DNA from: Phoronis australis
Lineage: Eukaryota; Animalia; Phoronida
Assembly (NCBI GenBank): GCA_002633005.1
Contig: NMRA01000326.1
Coordinates: 1-64,000, forward strand
Direction: 5' to 3'
DNA: 64,000 bases
The notes under the pieces were generated by a model, which saw nothing but the letters and a program-made list of their open reading frames with translations, made no database searches and was not told the origin of the DNA. The translations under genes and the position numbers were made by a program. Positions 1 through 10,860 of the stretch are shown here, piece by piece. How positions within the stretch are numbered: position 1 is the stretch's first letter; each line of letters starts with the position of its first letter.

Positions 1-157
1 TTCACGTCTGCACCAGCCTTCAACAGAACGCTCACCACTTCTGTGTTGGCCCACTCTACTACCATGTGTAGTGTGTTTTTTGTGTCCTTGTCTTGCACGT
101 TGACATTAGCGTCAGCCTTATACAAAACACTCTGCTACACCATGAAGTGCTGTCAGC
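1..157 (-). pseudogene. Degenerate ankyrin-repeat exon, copy 1 (runs off window)
   Basis: ttttcgcag|..LTALHGVAE..ANVNVQDKDTKNTLHMVVEWANTEVVSVLLKAGADV; frame break after the first repeat. Confidence 0.65.
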
Positions 158-810
158 CTGCGAAAAGAATGAACAAGTTATAGCAAGCTACACAGTTGTA
201 ACTGGAATTGGGGGAGCATCTAGCGCAAATCACCTGATTAACTTTGTTAGACTATTTCGTCAATGTAAAAAAGTTGGCTCATCATAGTCAGCTTTGCGTC
301 ATATAAACATAATTTCTTCATATGAGTCACCTTTTTTGGATGCGCTTCATGCATGATATTGACCTCTAGCTATGTTCAGCCACTTCTAAAATGTCTTATC
401 TAGAGTGGCCAGATCTATAGTTGTGGTGTACGGGGAAAATGTACTTTGGCTATCATACGCAGAGTTGGTTAGGCAAGAACAAGAGATGAGTCTTGACTAG
501 TAAATTGAAGACTGCAAACGTTGCATGAGGAGAACAACTCTTAATGCGGAAAAACCGTGGCTAAAACTACTAATACTGCTCTTAAAACTAATACATGAAA
601 TACAAGTGAAAATGATATTCATCTAGAAACTAGAGAAACACGAATTAACCAATCAAATAAGACGAGCAAATAAAGGATGCACTATGCTGACAAACAAACA
701 GTTCTAGGAATAGGAAGTATTACTGATCCTCTACTCTAAGAAAGTGGTGATTAACAACAAGAGAAAGTTTTAGGACGTTGTTTTTGTGCAATTCACCGTA
801 TAATTTTTAC

Positions 811-1356
811 CTTTTGTTCATGCCCATAATTTCTATGGTCTCCTCACGTTCTTCGTCGATCTGTAATTAACACAATTTTTCAGTTACCTCTTTCTTGATT
901 TTGTCTGAACATCATGTATTTCATATTCTTTCTGTTTGATTTTTTATAATGTTGTTCAACTTTCTTTTGATTTTGATTGGAAAATAATTAAGCTCTTTTT
1001 GTCGTATTAAGATTTCTTTCGTTTAGTACTTTTACATATTTTGGAATATCTTACTAAAATAGTTGTTTCCGTCAATGAGTGCAGTGTTACTTTGGAGCCG
1101 TAGACGTCTGCCTCAAGTGCGTGAAAGCGCACTTGGTCGGCTTCCTTGATGTCAGTAGCAATTGCATGATTTCCCCATAGCTTGATCTCTATACGGTTAT
1201 CAAGTGTGACAGTTTTTCTTTTGTAGTGCGGTTTTTCTTTGAGATCAGAAACTTGTGAAACAGTTCCTGCGAATGAGCATCTTCGTTTTTTTGGAGAAGT
1301 TTTCAATTCCTCTGCCGTTATGTATGGCGGTGTAAGGAATTCCTTAACTTTGTTTT
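811..1356 (-). pseudogene. OB-fold (ssDNA-binding-like) gene fragment, copy 1, apparently spliced
   Basis: LKTSPKKRRCSFAGTVSQVS..TVTLDNRIEIKLWG..VRFHAL..YGSKVTLHSLTETTIL|GTAAGA (donor after 1055), then small exon 811-860 (ttacag|IDEEREETIEIMGMNK..|GTAAAA); fold assignment is pattern-based. Confidence 0.55.
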
Positions 1357-1694
1357 CATTAATCTCAAACGCCGCCACGTTTCCGAAAATCTGAAAAATA
1401 TAGCAGTTTAAAATAGACATCAATTTTTTTAAAACGCGTTGTTCACTTATAGTTATGTCCATACGCTTCTAAAATGTGTCCAAGGGTCTGTAACATCTTT
1501 TATTAGTTTGAACTAATGAAAAAGATGAGCAATCGTCTGCAACTCTGTTGTCACTCTCCTCGCCTTATTTTCTTGACCACTTTCGTGGCGCCATAGGTGA
1601 TGAGAAATGAAAAGTGTATTTACACACAGGATATACTTCAGATAGCCTAGAACTTTTGTAACAAAGATAATATCGCCTTAATTCTAAAATTGTC

Positions 1695-1881
1695 TCAAGT
1701 AGTTTTTATCACCTTGTCTCACACGTTCACGTCTGCACCAGCCTTCAACAGAACGCTCACCACTTCTGTGTTGGCCCACTCTACTACCATGTGTAGTGTG
1801 TGTTTGTGTCCTTGTCTTGCACGTTGACATTAGCGTCAGCCTTATACAAAACACTCTGCTACACCATAAAGTGCTGTCAGC
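1695..1881 (-). pseudogene. Degenerate ankyrin-repeat exon, copy 2
   Basis: Same sequence with an extra 1-nt deletion and stops (KAGADVNV*DK). Confidence 0.65.
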
Positions 1882-2090
1882 CTGCGAAAAGAATGAACAA
1901 GTTATAGCAAGCTACACAATTGTAACTGGCATTTGTGGAGCATCTAGCGCAAATCAACTGATTAACTTTGTTAGACTATTTCGTCAGTGTAAAAAGTTGG
2001 CTTGTCATAGTCAGCTTTGCGTCATATAAATATAATCTTCTTCATATGTGTCACCTTTTTTGGANAAATAATTAAGCTCTTTTTGTCGTA

Positions 2091-2513
2091 TTAAGATTTC
2101 TTTCGTTTAGTACTTTTACATATTTTGGAATATCTTACTAAAATAGTTGTTTCCGTCACTGAGTGCAGTGTTACTTTGGAGCCGTAGACGTCTGCCTCAA
2201 GTGCGTGAAAGCGCACTTGGTCGGCTTCCTTGATGTCAGTAGCAATTGCATGATTTCCCCATAGCTTGATCTCTGTACGGTTATCAAGTGTGACAATTTT
2301 TCTTTTGTAATGCGGTTCTTCTTTGAGATCAGAAACTTGTGAAACAGTTCCTGCGAATGAGCATCTTCGTTTTTTTGGAGAAGTTTTCAATTCCTCTGCC
2401 GTTATGTATGGCGGTGTAAGGAATTCCTTAACTTTGTTTTCAACAGCAAATTTATCTAGGTCGCTCCTAGAAAAATTAACACATTTTGCTATCTCAGTAA
2501 AAAAATGGCTCAC
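2091..2513 (-). pseudogene. OB-fold gene fragment, copy 2
   Basis: Near-identical to copy 1 over 2066-2440, but with different upstream sequence. Confidence 0.55.
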
Positions 2514-2599
2514 AGTTGTCCTTGATTATGTGGACTGTACAAAATCTTTTATGCTAATTTCAGTGTTGTTACATGCAGCAGCCCAAGCATCGAGTTTTG

Positions 2600-3420
2600 T
2601 TAAATATAACCTCAATTATCTTCGCACATGCCTCTTTGTTCCTCGCAGCTTTAGAGTTTTACAAAATCTTCAACAGACTCACACCATATGTGCGGGTGAT
2701 CCTCCCTATTATCTCCTCTTCCACCAATAAAAATAAAACATACCTTTGGATCAAATCCAGCATCTAAAATTTTGTCAAACATTGCGTAGCCACGAATGTG
2801 AACATGGCGGTCTAGTTCTGTGACTTCCAAAGCCTTTCGCCAGTTCAACATACATTTACTCATCCTCATCAATGAATTCTTAATCAGTTCATCAAAAAGA
2901 TTCACTTCGTTTAGCCTCTGCCCAGTATCAATGTTACTCAGCAGACAACGAATATCATTTTTCTTGCCTTTTAATTTTGGAAACAAATGTGGATTTGTAA
3001 GTGCAGAACATATTGCATCCACACGAACCCATCTTGTGGTATTCACAATCAAGAAACAACTCTCCCTCATTTTCAGTTGCTCAGGAAGAAACCTAGCAAA
3101 GTGTGAAATTCCTTGCTTTTTAATAAATGACCATTTTCCAAGAGCACTGAAAATTTCTTTGCATGACAGATAAGTAGAATGATCAAATATGACATACGAC
3201 ACTATGACTAAAAACTGTCAGAAAATGGAACTCATCGAAATTGTTCTCAACATTTTGAGTCAATTCTTCAATGTTACACTTGAAATTACTGATGTCTTGA
3301 ATAAGTTGTTGAAGGTGAATATTGGTTGGAAAACCATTTGTAAGGAACACAGGAACGGAGAACTTCAACAATCAATGGCATCGACTGAAATGCAATCTAG
3401 CAAAATGTGCCCTTGAAACT
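2600..3420 (-). pseudogene. Frameshifted ORF with Bro-N-like segments
   Basis: ORFs 3183-3371 and 2651-3202 overlap by frameshift; YVIFDHSTYLSCKEIFSALG and RWVRVDAICSAL resemble the Bro-N strand-strand-helix motif. Confidence 0.35.
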
Positions 3421-5472
3421 AATTTTTTTTACAAAAATGAAACTAATTTTACCTATTTCACCTTTTTCTGTTAAAGATCTCTGTCCAATTGATGAATTAA
3501 TCTTGTGGTTATCATTTTGACACAAATGTAGTCCACCCTACATACTTCAAGTGAAATTGGTTAGATTGTTCGTAATGTGTTGGTTAGATTTCCTAAGTTA
3601 GAATCCAACAATGCCAGGTTTGGGTAACTGTGGCAGATCACTAACACAACAACAGGTGGAACAGGAAACTTAATATTAACAGTTATGTTCAATGAGAGTC
3701 AACACAACTGTCAGACTATGTTGAGCAAGCAGAGAATGTACAACAGGTTATTCCTTTACTGTCTTAGAAAGGAATACTTGAATGCTTATTTGTCTTGTGG
3801 TAGGATTTATCACTAGAATTATGTAACATATTACATGGTGAGTGTAATGCATTGACCACAAATAACTGAGAAATGAGTATATTACTGCTCCGCAGGCACT
3901 CAAAGTTCAGTCCAGGGATTAAATACCTGTAGATTCCCCAGATGGTTCAACATCGTTGCCAGTTTGTAATGTATTGACCACAAATAACTTAGAAATAGGT
4001 ATATTTCGACTTAAACTAAAAACGTGAAACTGGAAGTTTTCCCTGAGAACCCCTCCTGGTCATCCTTCAAACTGCGAGACAATACAAACATGCTACATTG
4101 GTCTATTGCCTTCTTCCTCAATAGATTTATACAATTGTAACTGTAGTCAAAGATGCTCACCTAATGTCCTTCTGGGTGTGCAATTACTGCATGAGTGAGG
4201 ACTTCACAGCAATGAAACACTGTCTAAAATAAATTGCTATATCGGGGACTAAAACTGGGGATTTGTTGCGATGTTTGGCTTCTACATTTGAATTACTCCG
4301 CAACAGTTTCGTTGGAATCATTCTCACCCAAGAAATGTGAATAAATAGCCAAAGTAGATGGGTTAGGTTTCGGATGATCAACGAAGGTTCTGTATAGTTA
4401 TGCTGGACCAAAGACCGTGGGGATGCAATGGACTGGATTGATATCTGGCTTGGCCTTTATTTGGAAACTGTTGTCGCCTGGAGTTGAAACCAAATAAGAA
4501 GTTTTTGAGATAGATCTTCTTACAGGCCAACCTTTTCTTAGCTGTACAATTCCCCTTTTCTTGAGCTGTCCCCCTACACAAAAATTGACCTGACATTGGT
4601 AACTGAACATAGGCAATCCTCACGAAATGACTTAAGGGTACAATGTCTTGAATATGTGTTGGTAGAATGAAGTCCTGGTGTATGATGTGTGTGGTGGCTT
4701 TGTACTAAGCAACAAATGGATTTCCTTCCACCTGTTACAACAATGAAAATTTTCTATGGCAAATTGCATAAAATGCACTTGTCAGGTTTGAGGTTTAATG
4801 ATCAAGTGATGCTTATTCAGGGATGGAACTTGTATTTTGGAGCTTTTCAGTGTGAAGTTTTTGCATTAAAGTGTACACAACATGACTCTAGTGCCTCAAA
4901 ATAAATTTTATTATTATATCTTACTTGATTTCAGTGCCTTTAGTGCACAGCTCATAAAGAAACACGCAAAAAATTGAAAAAATAATAATTATGTACAACG
5001 TCATGGGTTGAACCCAGGTCGTTCGCCATACCGTTCGGATCAGAGACAAGGTGTATAGAGTGAAGAGAATGCAAAGTACATTTAGCGTCGAGAAGGTTCG
5101 TAGAGGGATCAAAAGATGTCTNACAGGGATGGTTCAGTATTAAAGATGTAGTTTTAAAATGCATAGCTTTATTTTTAAGAAAGCGTTCAGCCTGTATCTT
5201 CAATAAAATAATGCTTGGTTCTCCTCAAATGTCCCGCATATAGGAGCATGTACCTGTGTTCAACAATTAGGGGTAGCTCCACAATTAGGTGCATGTTCTT
5301 GTTACACAGCATACTCTGTACTTATGCATTGGTGAGATGTGTTAAAGTTTATTATCATGTCTATGGTATTAGGTCCATCAGTTTTGGACTTGTTGTATTT
5401 TGAACTTGTCAAGATTACATAATAAACATTTTCATACATTGATGATGTTTTGTACTGTATGGTAAGCAGTGA

Positions 5473-5870
5473 TCAATTTAGCAAAAACATGACTCCCACA
5501 GACTCAAATCTATGGGTCAATTTCGAGGATAATGCTATTTTTTTTACCCTTTTCGATTCGAATTTTGAGCGGCATCTTTTACATGTGAATTTGTCTGGTG
5601 TTATAGTATGTGAGTTTAGATCACATGAACTGCATTTCAGTTTAACCAAACATAAAAATCTAGTAGAGCTAAAAACATTTGGCTTTGTTTTGTGCCAGAA
5701 TCCTCTTTGAAGCTGCACAATTTTTTTCTCATTACCTTGGATGCACATGAGTACAAAGTCTGAAATGTGGGGTTAATTAATAACCCGCCATGTAAATAAT
5801 CACCCAAATGGAAATGTCCCCCATCAGCATCTAAGCACAATTTTCTGTGCCTTTCAAAATTGAAAAACAA
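5473..5870 (-). pseudogene. ORF fragments with CxxC...CxxC zinc ribbon
   Basis: KCSSCDLNSHTITPDKFTCKRCRSKF; overlapping frameshifted ORFs. Confidence 0.3.
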
Positions 5871-5891
5871 TTAGAAGAAATTGACACACTA

Positions 5892-7933
5892 CCTAAAAAT
5901 GCTGATCAAGTGCTGTTTGCTCGAAACAGAATTGTACAGGTTTAGTCAAAATTTCGCGTCTCCAGCTCAAGTAAAGTATATCGAAAGTTAAGGGCCTGTT
6001 TCTAAAAATCACTGCTGGAAATGACTACAAGCCAGTAACATGGAAAGGTTTAGATTTCAATGGGGGCTGAAGAAATCGTGAGCTCCCCATCAGCAGCTGC
6101 ACTGTATACCTCCCCAGTTCTCAGTACCAGCACAAATAACCATGTCATCACATTGCTGAAACTGGTTTGAGCTAAGGTTGAAATAAAAGCATGTGTGAGG
6201 TCAATTTTTGGAAGTTAGCCTCATTTGGTCAATTTTTGAAAAGTTAAACACACAAGTGCATCATGTGCTTGGTCAATTTTTGAAATTTAATCACACTTGC
6301 ATTAGGTCAATTTTTGAATTTGAGTATTATGTGGCTCAGCAGTGGTAATAATCACCAAAGGGCAATTTTTTTCATATTTCAATATATTTTACCAAAAACT
6401 AAATTTTGTATTTTGCCGCCATATTTACCAAGTTAGTGAAGGATTTATCACTTATCTCTGGCCACGTCTCATTGAATTCAAATCAAGAATCTGGCCTCTT
6501 CAATTCAGAAACATTCAACCACAATGCTGCAACCAGAGGGCACTCATCCTGTGCTGTCCTACACTAGTTTGTTACAGCCTTAGTTTGTCTTGTGATGTTT
6601 TGAGCATTAGAACTCTGTACAGTGAACTGAAATTCAAACCAAAAATTGAGGAGATTTGTAGAGTGCAATATATGTATCATTGGTTTCTTGCCTAGCTGAG
6701 TGCTCAGAAATGTTTACCAATCTAATCTTTCCAAAAATTATCTTGCTAGTGCCCAGTCGCCCCAATGTTTATGATGGTCAATTTCACATCTGATTACCCA
6801 ACTTAATCTTGAGAGAATGATAACCTCAGCTGAAGCTTGATGGTTTCTTCAAAAATAGGAAACCGGTGGAGCTTCCTAACGTGACAGTAAGGGTATTGAC
6901 CTATCGCCNCCTAACAATGCTGATCAAGTGTTGTTTCCTCGAAACAGAATTGTACAGGTTTATTCAAAATTTCGTGTCTCCAGCTCAAGAAAAGTATATC
7001 GAAAGTTAAGGGCCTGTTTCTAAAAATCACTGCCAGAAATGACTACAAGCCAGTAACATGGGAAGGTTTAGGTTTCAATGGGGGCTGAAGAAATCGTGAG
7101 CTCCCCATCAGCAGCTGTACTGTATACCTCCCCAGTTCTCAGTACCAGCACAAATAACCATGTCATCACATTGCTGAAACTGGTTTCATTTGAGCTAAGG
7201 TTGAAAGAAAAGCATGTGTGAGGTCAATTTTTGGAAGTTAGCCTCATTTGGTCAATTTTTGAGAAGTTAAACACGCAAGTGCATCATGCGCTTGGTCAAT
7301 TTTTGAAATTTAATCACACATGCATTAGGTCAATTTTTGAATTTGAGTATTATGTGGCTCAGCAGTGGTAAAAATGTTCACCAAAGGGCAATTTTTTCAT
7401 ATTTCAATATATATTTTACCAAAAACTAAATTTTGTATTTTGCCATATTTACCAAGTTAGTGAAGGATTTATCACTTACCTCTGGCCACGTCTCATTGAA
7501 TTCAAATCCTGAAACTGGCCTCTTCAATTCAGAAACATTCAACCACAATGCTGCCACCAGAGGACACTCATCCTGTGCTGTCATACACTAGTTGCAGCCT
7601 TAGTTTGTCTTGTGATGTTTTGAGCATTAGAACTCTGTACGGTGAACTGAAATTCACACCAAAAATTGATGAGATTTGTAGGGTGCAATATAGGTATCAT
7701 TGGTTTCTTGCCTAGCTGAGTGCTCAGAAATGTTTACCAATCTAATCTTTCCAAAAATTGGCTTGCTAGTGCACAGTCGCCCTAATGTAATGTTTATGAT
7801 GGTCAATTTCACACCTGATTACCCAAGCTAATCTTGAGAAAATGATAACCTCAGCCGAAGCTTGATGGTTTCTTCAAAAATAGGAAACCGGTGGAGCTTC
7901 CTAACGTGACAGTAAGGGTATTGACCTATCGCC
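5892..7933. repeat. ~1.02-kb tandem duplication joined at a single N (6909)
   Basis: 5892-6908 ~ 6910-7933 with scattered SNPs and indels. Confidence 0.92.
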
Positions 7934-8599
7934 AGGATTACGACTGACTGCTTAACAGACCAATCAGAACGCAGCATTCTTGACACACTTTCGTCTGTTT
8001 TTCTAACCTGGCTTTTTACTCCACAAACAATACGTTGTCGTGTAAAATTTAGTTTAGTCTATAGCTCAAGAAATTGCGTGAATGGTGATACGGTGTTGAT
8101 ATGGCGTCTGTAATTCTGACAGCTGTCATGCAGCTCGAGAAGAATATCCCGTCATTTTTTGGGCATCTCCTAAGCCGAAAAGTGATGTCAAAAGGTTTAA
8201 ACTACGTATCGAACTGTGCGATCGGCCACGTACACGAGCAGCTTGATTAATCGAAGGTTAAGCACAAATATATTTGTTCCAGTCGCACTAGTTCAGTTTG
8301 GTGGCTATAGTGTAGGCTTATGTGATTTTCACTCGTCTGGCCGCCTTTGTCTCGGCACCTGCTGGATCTCAACACTATAGTCTAGCGATAGCCCCTGGAA
8401 GTTTTTATATTTTTGCTATTTTTCAATGATTTTGAGTTAGAGACATCGTTTTGTTTCGTAGCAGAGGTACATTTTTTGTCATTCATATACCTGTAAGCTG
8501 GCGTTCGTCTGAACTTTTTCTCCAAAATTGAGAGATTCTATCGGCATAGGGAGGGGCACTGGATTACTGAACTCAAAGCCTTGTTCGAGCTGTTGTCAC

Positions 8600-9785
8600 G
8601 AAAAAATAACAGTTAAATTACTTTTTGAAGAGAACCTCTAGTATACACTTCGCCAGTAGAGTTACAGAGAGCTCATTTTGAAGTTGTTAAAACATGATGT
8701 TTAGATTTATGATGCTTTAAAAAAGGCATTTGAGTTATTTTTGTAAATAGCCATTTTTGCCACTACACCAGACTTGCCGTTTTTGGTAACCATTCCACAA
8801 TTTAATGATCATGTTATGTTTAAAAATAACTGCAAGCTACGTTTATGCAGTGAAACTACAAAAAAATGCTAAGTTCGTCAGAAGGTAAGCCTAACTTAAA
8901 GTGTCTTAATGGTGCAATTAGGTACATTAATTTGACTTGGACACAGCCTTAGACCTACCGGAGTTAACTGCTTGCCTTGGACAAGACTAGTGTATACTTG
9001 AGCTATAAACCTGTGTTTTTTAATCGAAATATTTCGTTCAAAGATTAGAAATGCGTAGACAGTGCTATCTACTCAACCTACTTTACTCGGGGAGTCCCAT
9101 GGGCAGTTGTGACGTACTTTTCATTTGATGGATTTTAGCAGACCATAGAATAAAAATATAAGTGAATCTTCACTGATTTTGTTCGAAAGATCCTGAAATC
9201 TATGGCATCGTACAGATAATTCGACTGTTAGGTACAGTACATACCCAGCTCTACATGAACATATCGCATCAATGGCCTTGTCATTTGTCAGGTGAAGGTG
9301 AACCCCGTGTGGGGTTCTTCTGATTTTTGCTGGCTTCAAAATTCTTTTCCTCAAACACTTATTTTTCATAGTCACCTTTGCAAATTCCCGCATTATGAAC
9401 GTAGGATTCTCTGCTTAAAAGCATCGCCAAATGCCATTGTCGAAGCGTTTTCGGATAGTACAAAAAGCACTCATCGATTTCACCAGCAATGTCGTTTAGT
9501 GCCAGTATTGATACTCGTCGATGGAAAGTGGTGACGACAATTTTAGAAAACAGCATGAAAACAACAGTGGAACAGATCCTCGCAGTAACACAGAAACAAA
9601 ATGGCTGGAATTTCTTAACCCCTAAAACGTCACTTCCGGAGTAGGGCACGACTAATCAATAAACTTACGAGAATCCGTAATTAACTGAAACATATGTCTG
9701 GGATAATCAACAAATTGTATTTTACTGAAAATGACATGAAAAATTGGGGTAACTCATATCCCGAGCAATATAGTGGCACTTTTAA
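8600..9785 (-). mobile_element. DNA transposon remnant with degraded SWIM-finger exon (ISL2EU / Kolobok-type accessory gene)
   Basis: Minus strand ~9245-9560: ESYVHN, SQQKSEEPH, VHLHL..AIDAICSCRAG|GTATGT; terminus GTGGCACTTTTAA near 9785; left boundary uncertain. Confidence 0.55.
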
Positions 9786-9907
9786 TCATTCACATTAGTG
9801 GCATATTTGCTAGTAGGAGAAAAACTAGCAAAAACTAGTGTTTGTGTACATGGTATAAAGGGTTAAAAATCCACCGACATTAATTTTGTACAATGATCTT
9901 ATTTGCG

Positions 9908-10217
9908 GTGTGCCACAGTTGGTCACCGTGCATTACTGTTGGTCACCATACATCACAATTGGTCACCACATGTCACCGCTGGTCAGTGTACGTCACAGTT
10001 GGTCACCACATGTCACCGCTGGTCAGTGCATGTCACAGTTGGTCACCATACACTACAACTGATCACCGTCCGTCACAGTTGGTCACCATACGTCGCAAGG
10101 GGTCACCTTGGGTCCCAGCTGATCACCATACGTCACAGTTGTCGCCGCATGTCACAGTTGGTCACGGCATGTCTTATGTGGTCACCGTATATCATAGACG
10201 GTTACCATATGTCACCT
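9908..10217. repeat. 20-bp minisatellite (GTCACAGTTGGTCACCACAT), ~15 copies
   Basis: Directly visible periodicity. Confidence 0.9.
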
Positions 10218-10785
10218 GTTCATTCTTCAGTGCTCTTAAGGTAAGTTCAATGGCCCTCAAAAACACCTCCGCACCATCATGTGATGTAATAAGATGTTAA
10301 GTTTTGGTATTGTTGCTAATCTCCACTAAGCACTATATTTCTGTTTTTAGAAAATCCTGAACTCTTGTTTTCTGTTTACAGAATAGCCTTACATTTAACT
10401 TGGTCACATTATATAAAATGTACCTTGTCTTATTTCTTTTCAAAGCAAGTTATAGTACCCTATTTAAAGCTAAACACAAACAATAGAAGCAATGTTGCCT
10501 TAGAAATAATTCTTTTCATAGTTATTTTTGTCAACAGCCAGAACAGTGCAGGTGCCAATTGCAGTATATGGCCTGTTACTCGCAAACAATCAGTTGTCAT
10601 GCTAATAAATGCAGGTCATGCTTTTTGTAACACTTGTTGGTTTTTGTAACTGAAGCGGGTGTAACGACAGCGTTTCCCTTAACCCAGACTTGACTTTTTT
10701 ACTAAGTTATAGAAATAGAAAACTTGAAGACTTAATCAATTCGTGAATGTTGTTTTAGTGATTAAGTTACATTGTCATTTTTGCC

Positions 10786-10860
10786 ATGGCAGTATCACGA
10801 AGACGAATGTCCAAGTATGAAGACTACACATTCACGGGTATTGAATTGGAAGAGGAAGAG
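10786..10860 (+). CDS. EF-hand/CaaX gene coding exon 1 (MAVSRRRMSKYEDYTFTGIELEEEE)
   Basis: gccATGG start; donor GAG|GTGAGT; candidate upstream acceptor ttttag ending 10758. Confidence 0.8.

Larger units (their letters stand above)
1..2440. repeat. Tandem segmental duplication, period ~1725 bp (1-340 ~ 1726-2064; 984-1356 ~ 2066-2440)
   Basis: Direct sequence match with a few percent differences; a single N at 2065 stands where ~640 bp of copy 1 is absent. Confidence 0.9.

Noticed and set aside
4999-5030. tRNA-like T-arm on the minus strand (CTGGGTTCAACCCATG)
   Set aside because: Only a B-box-like stem-loop; no D-arm, anticodon arm or acceptor stem could be built.
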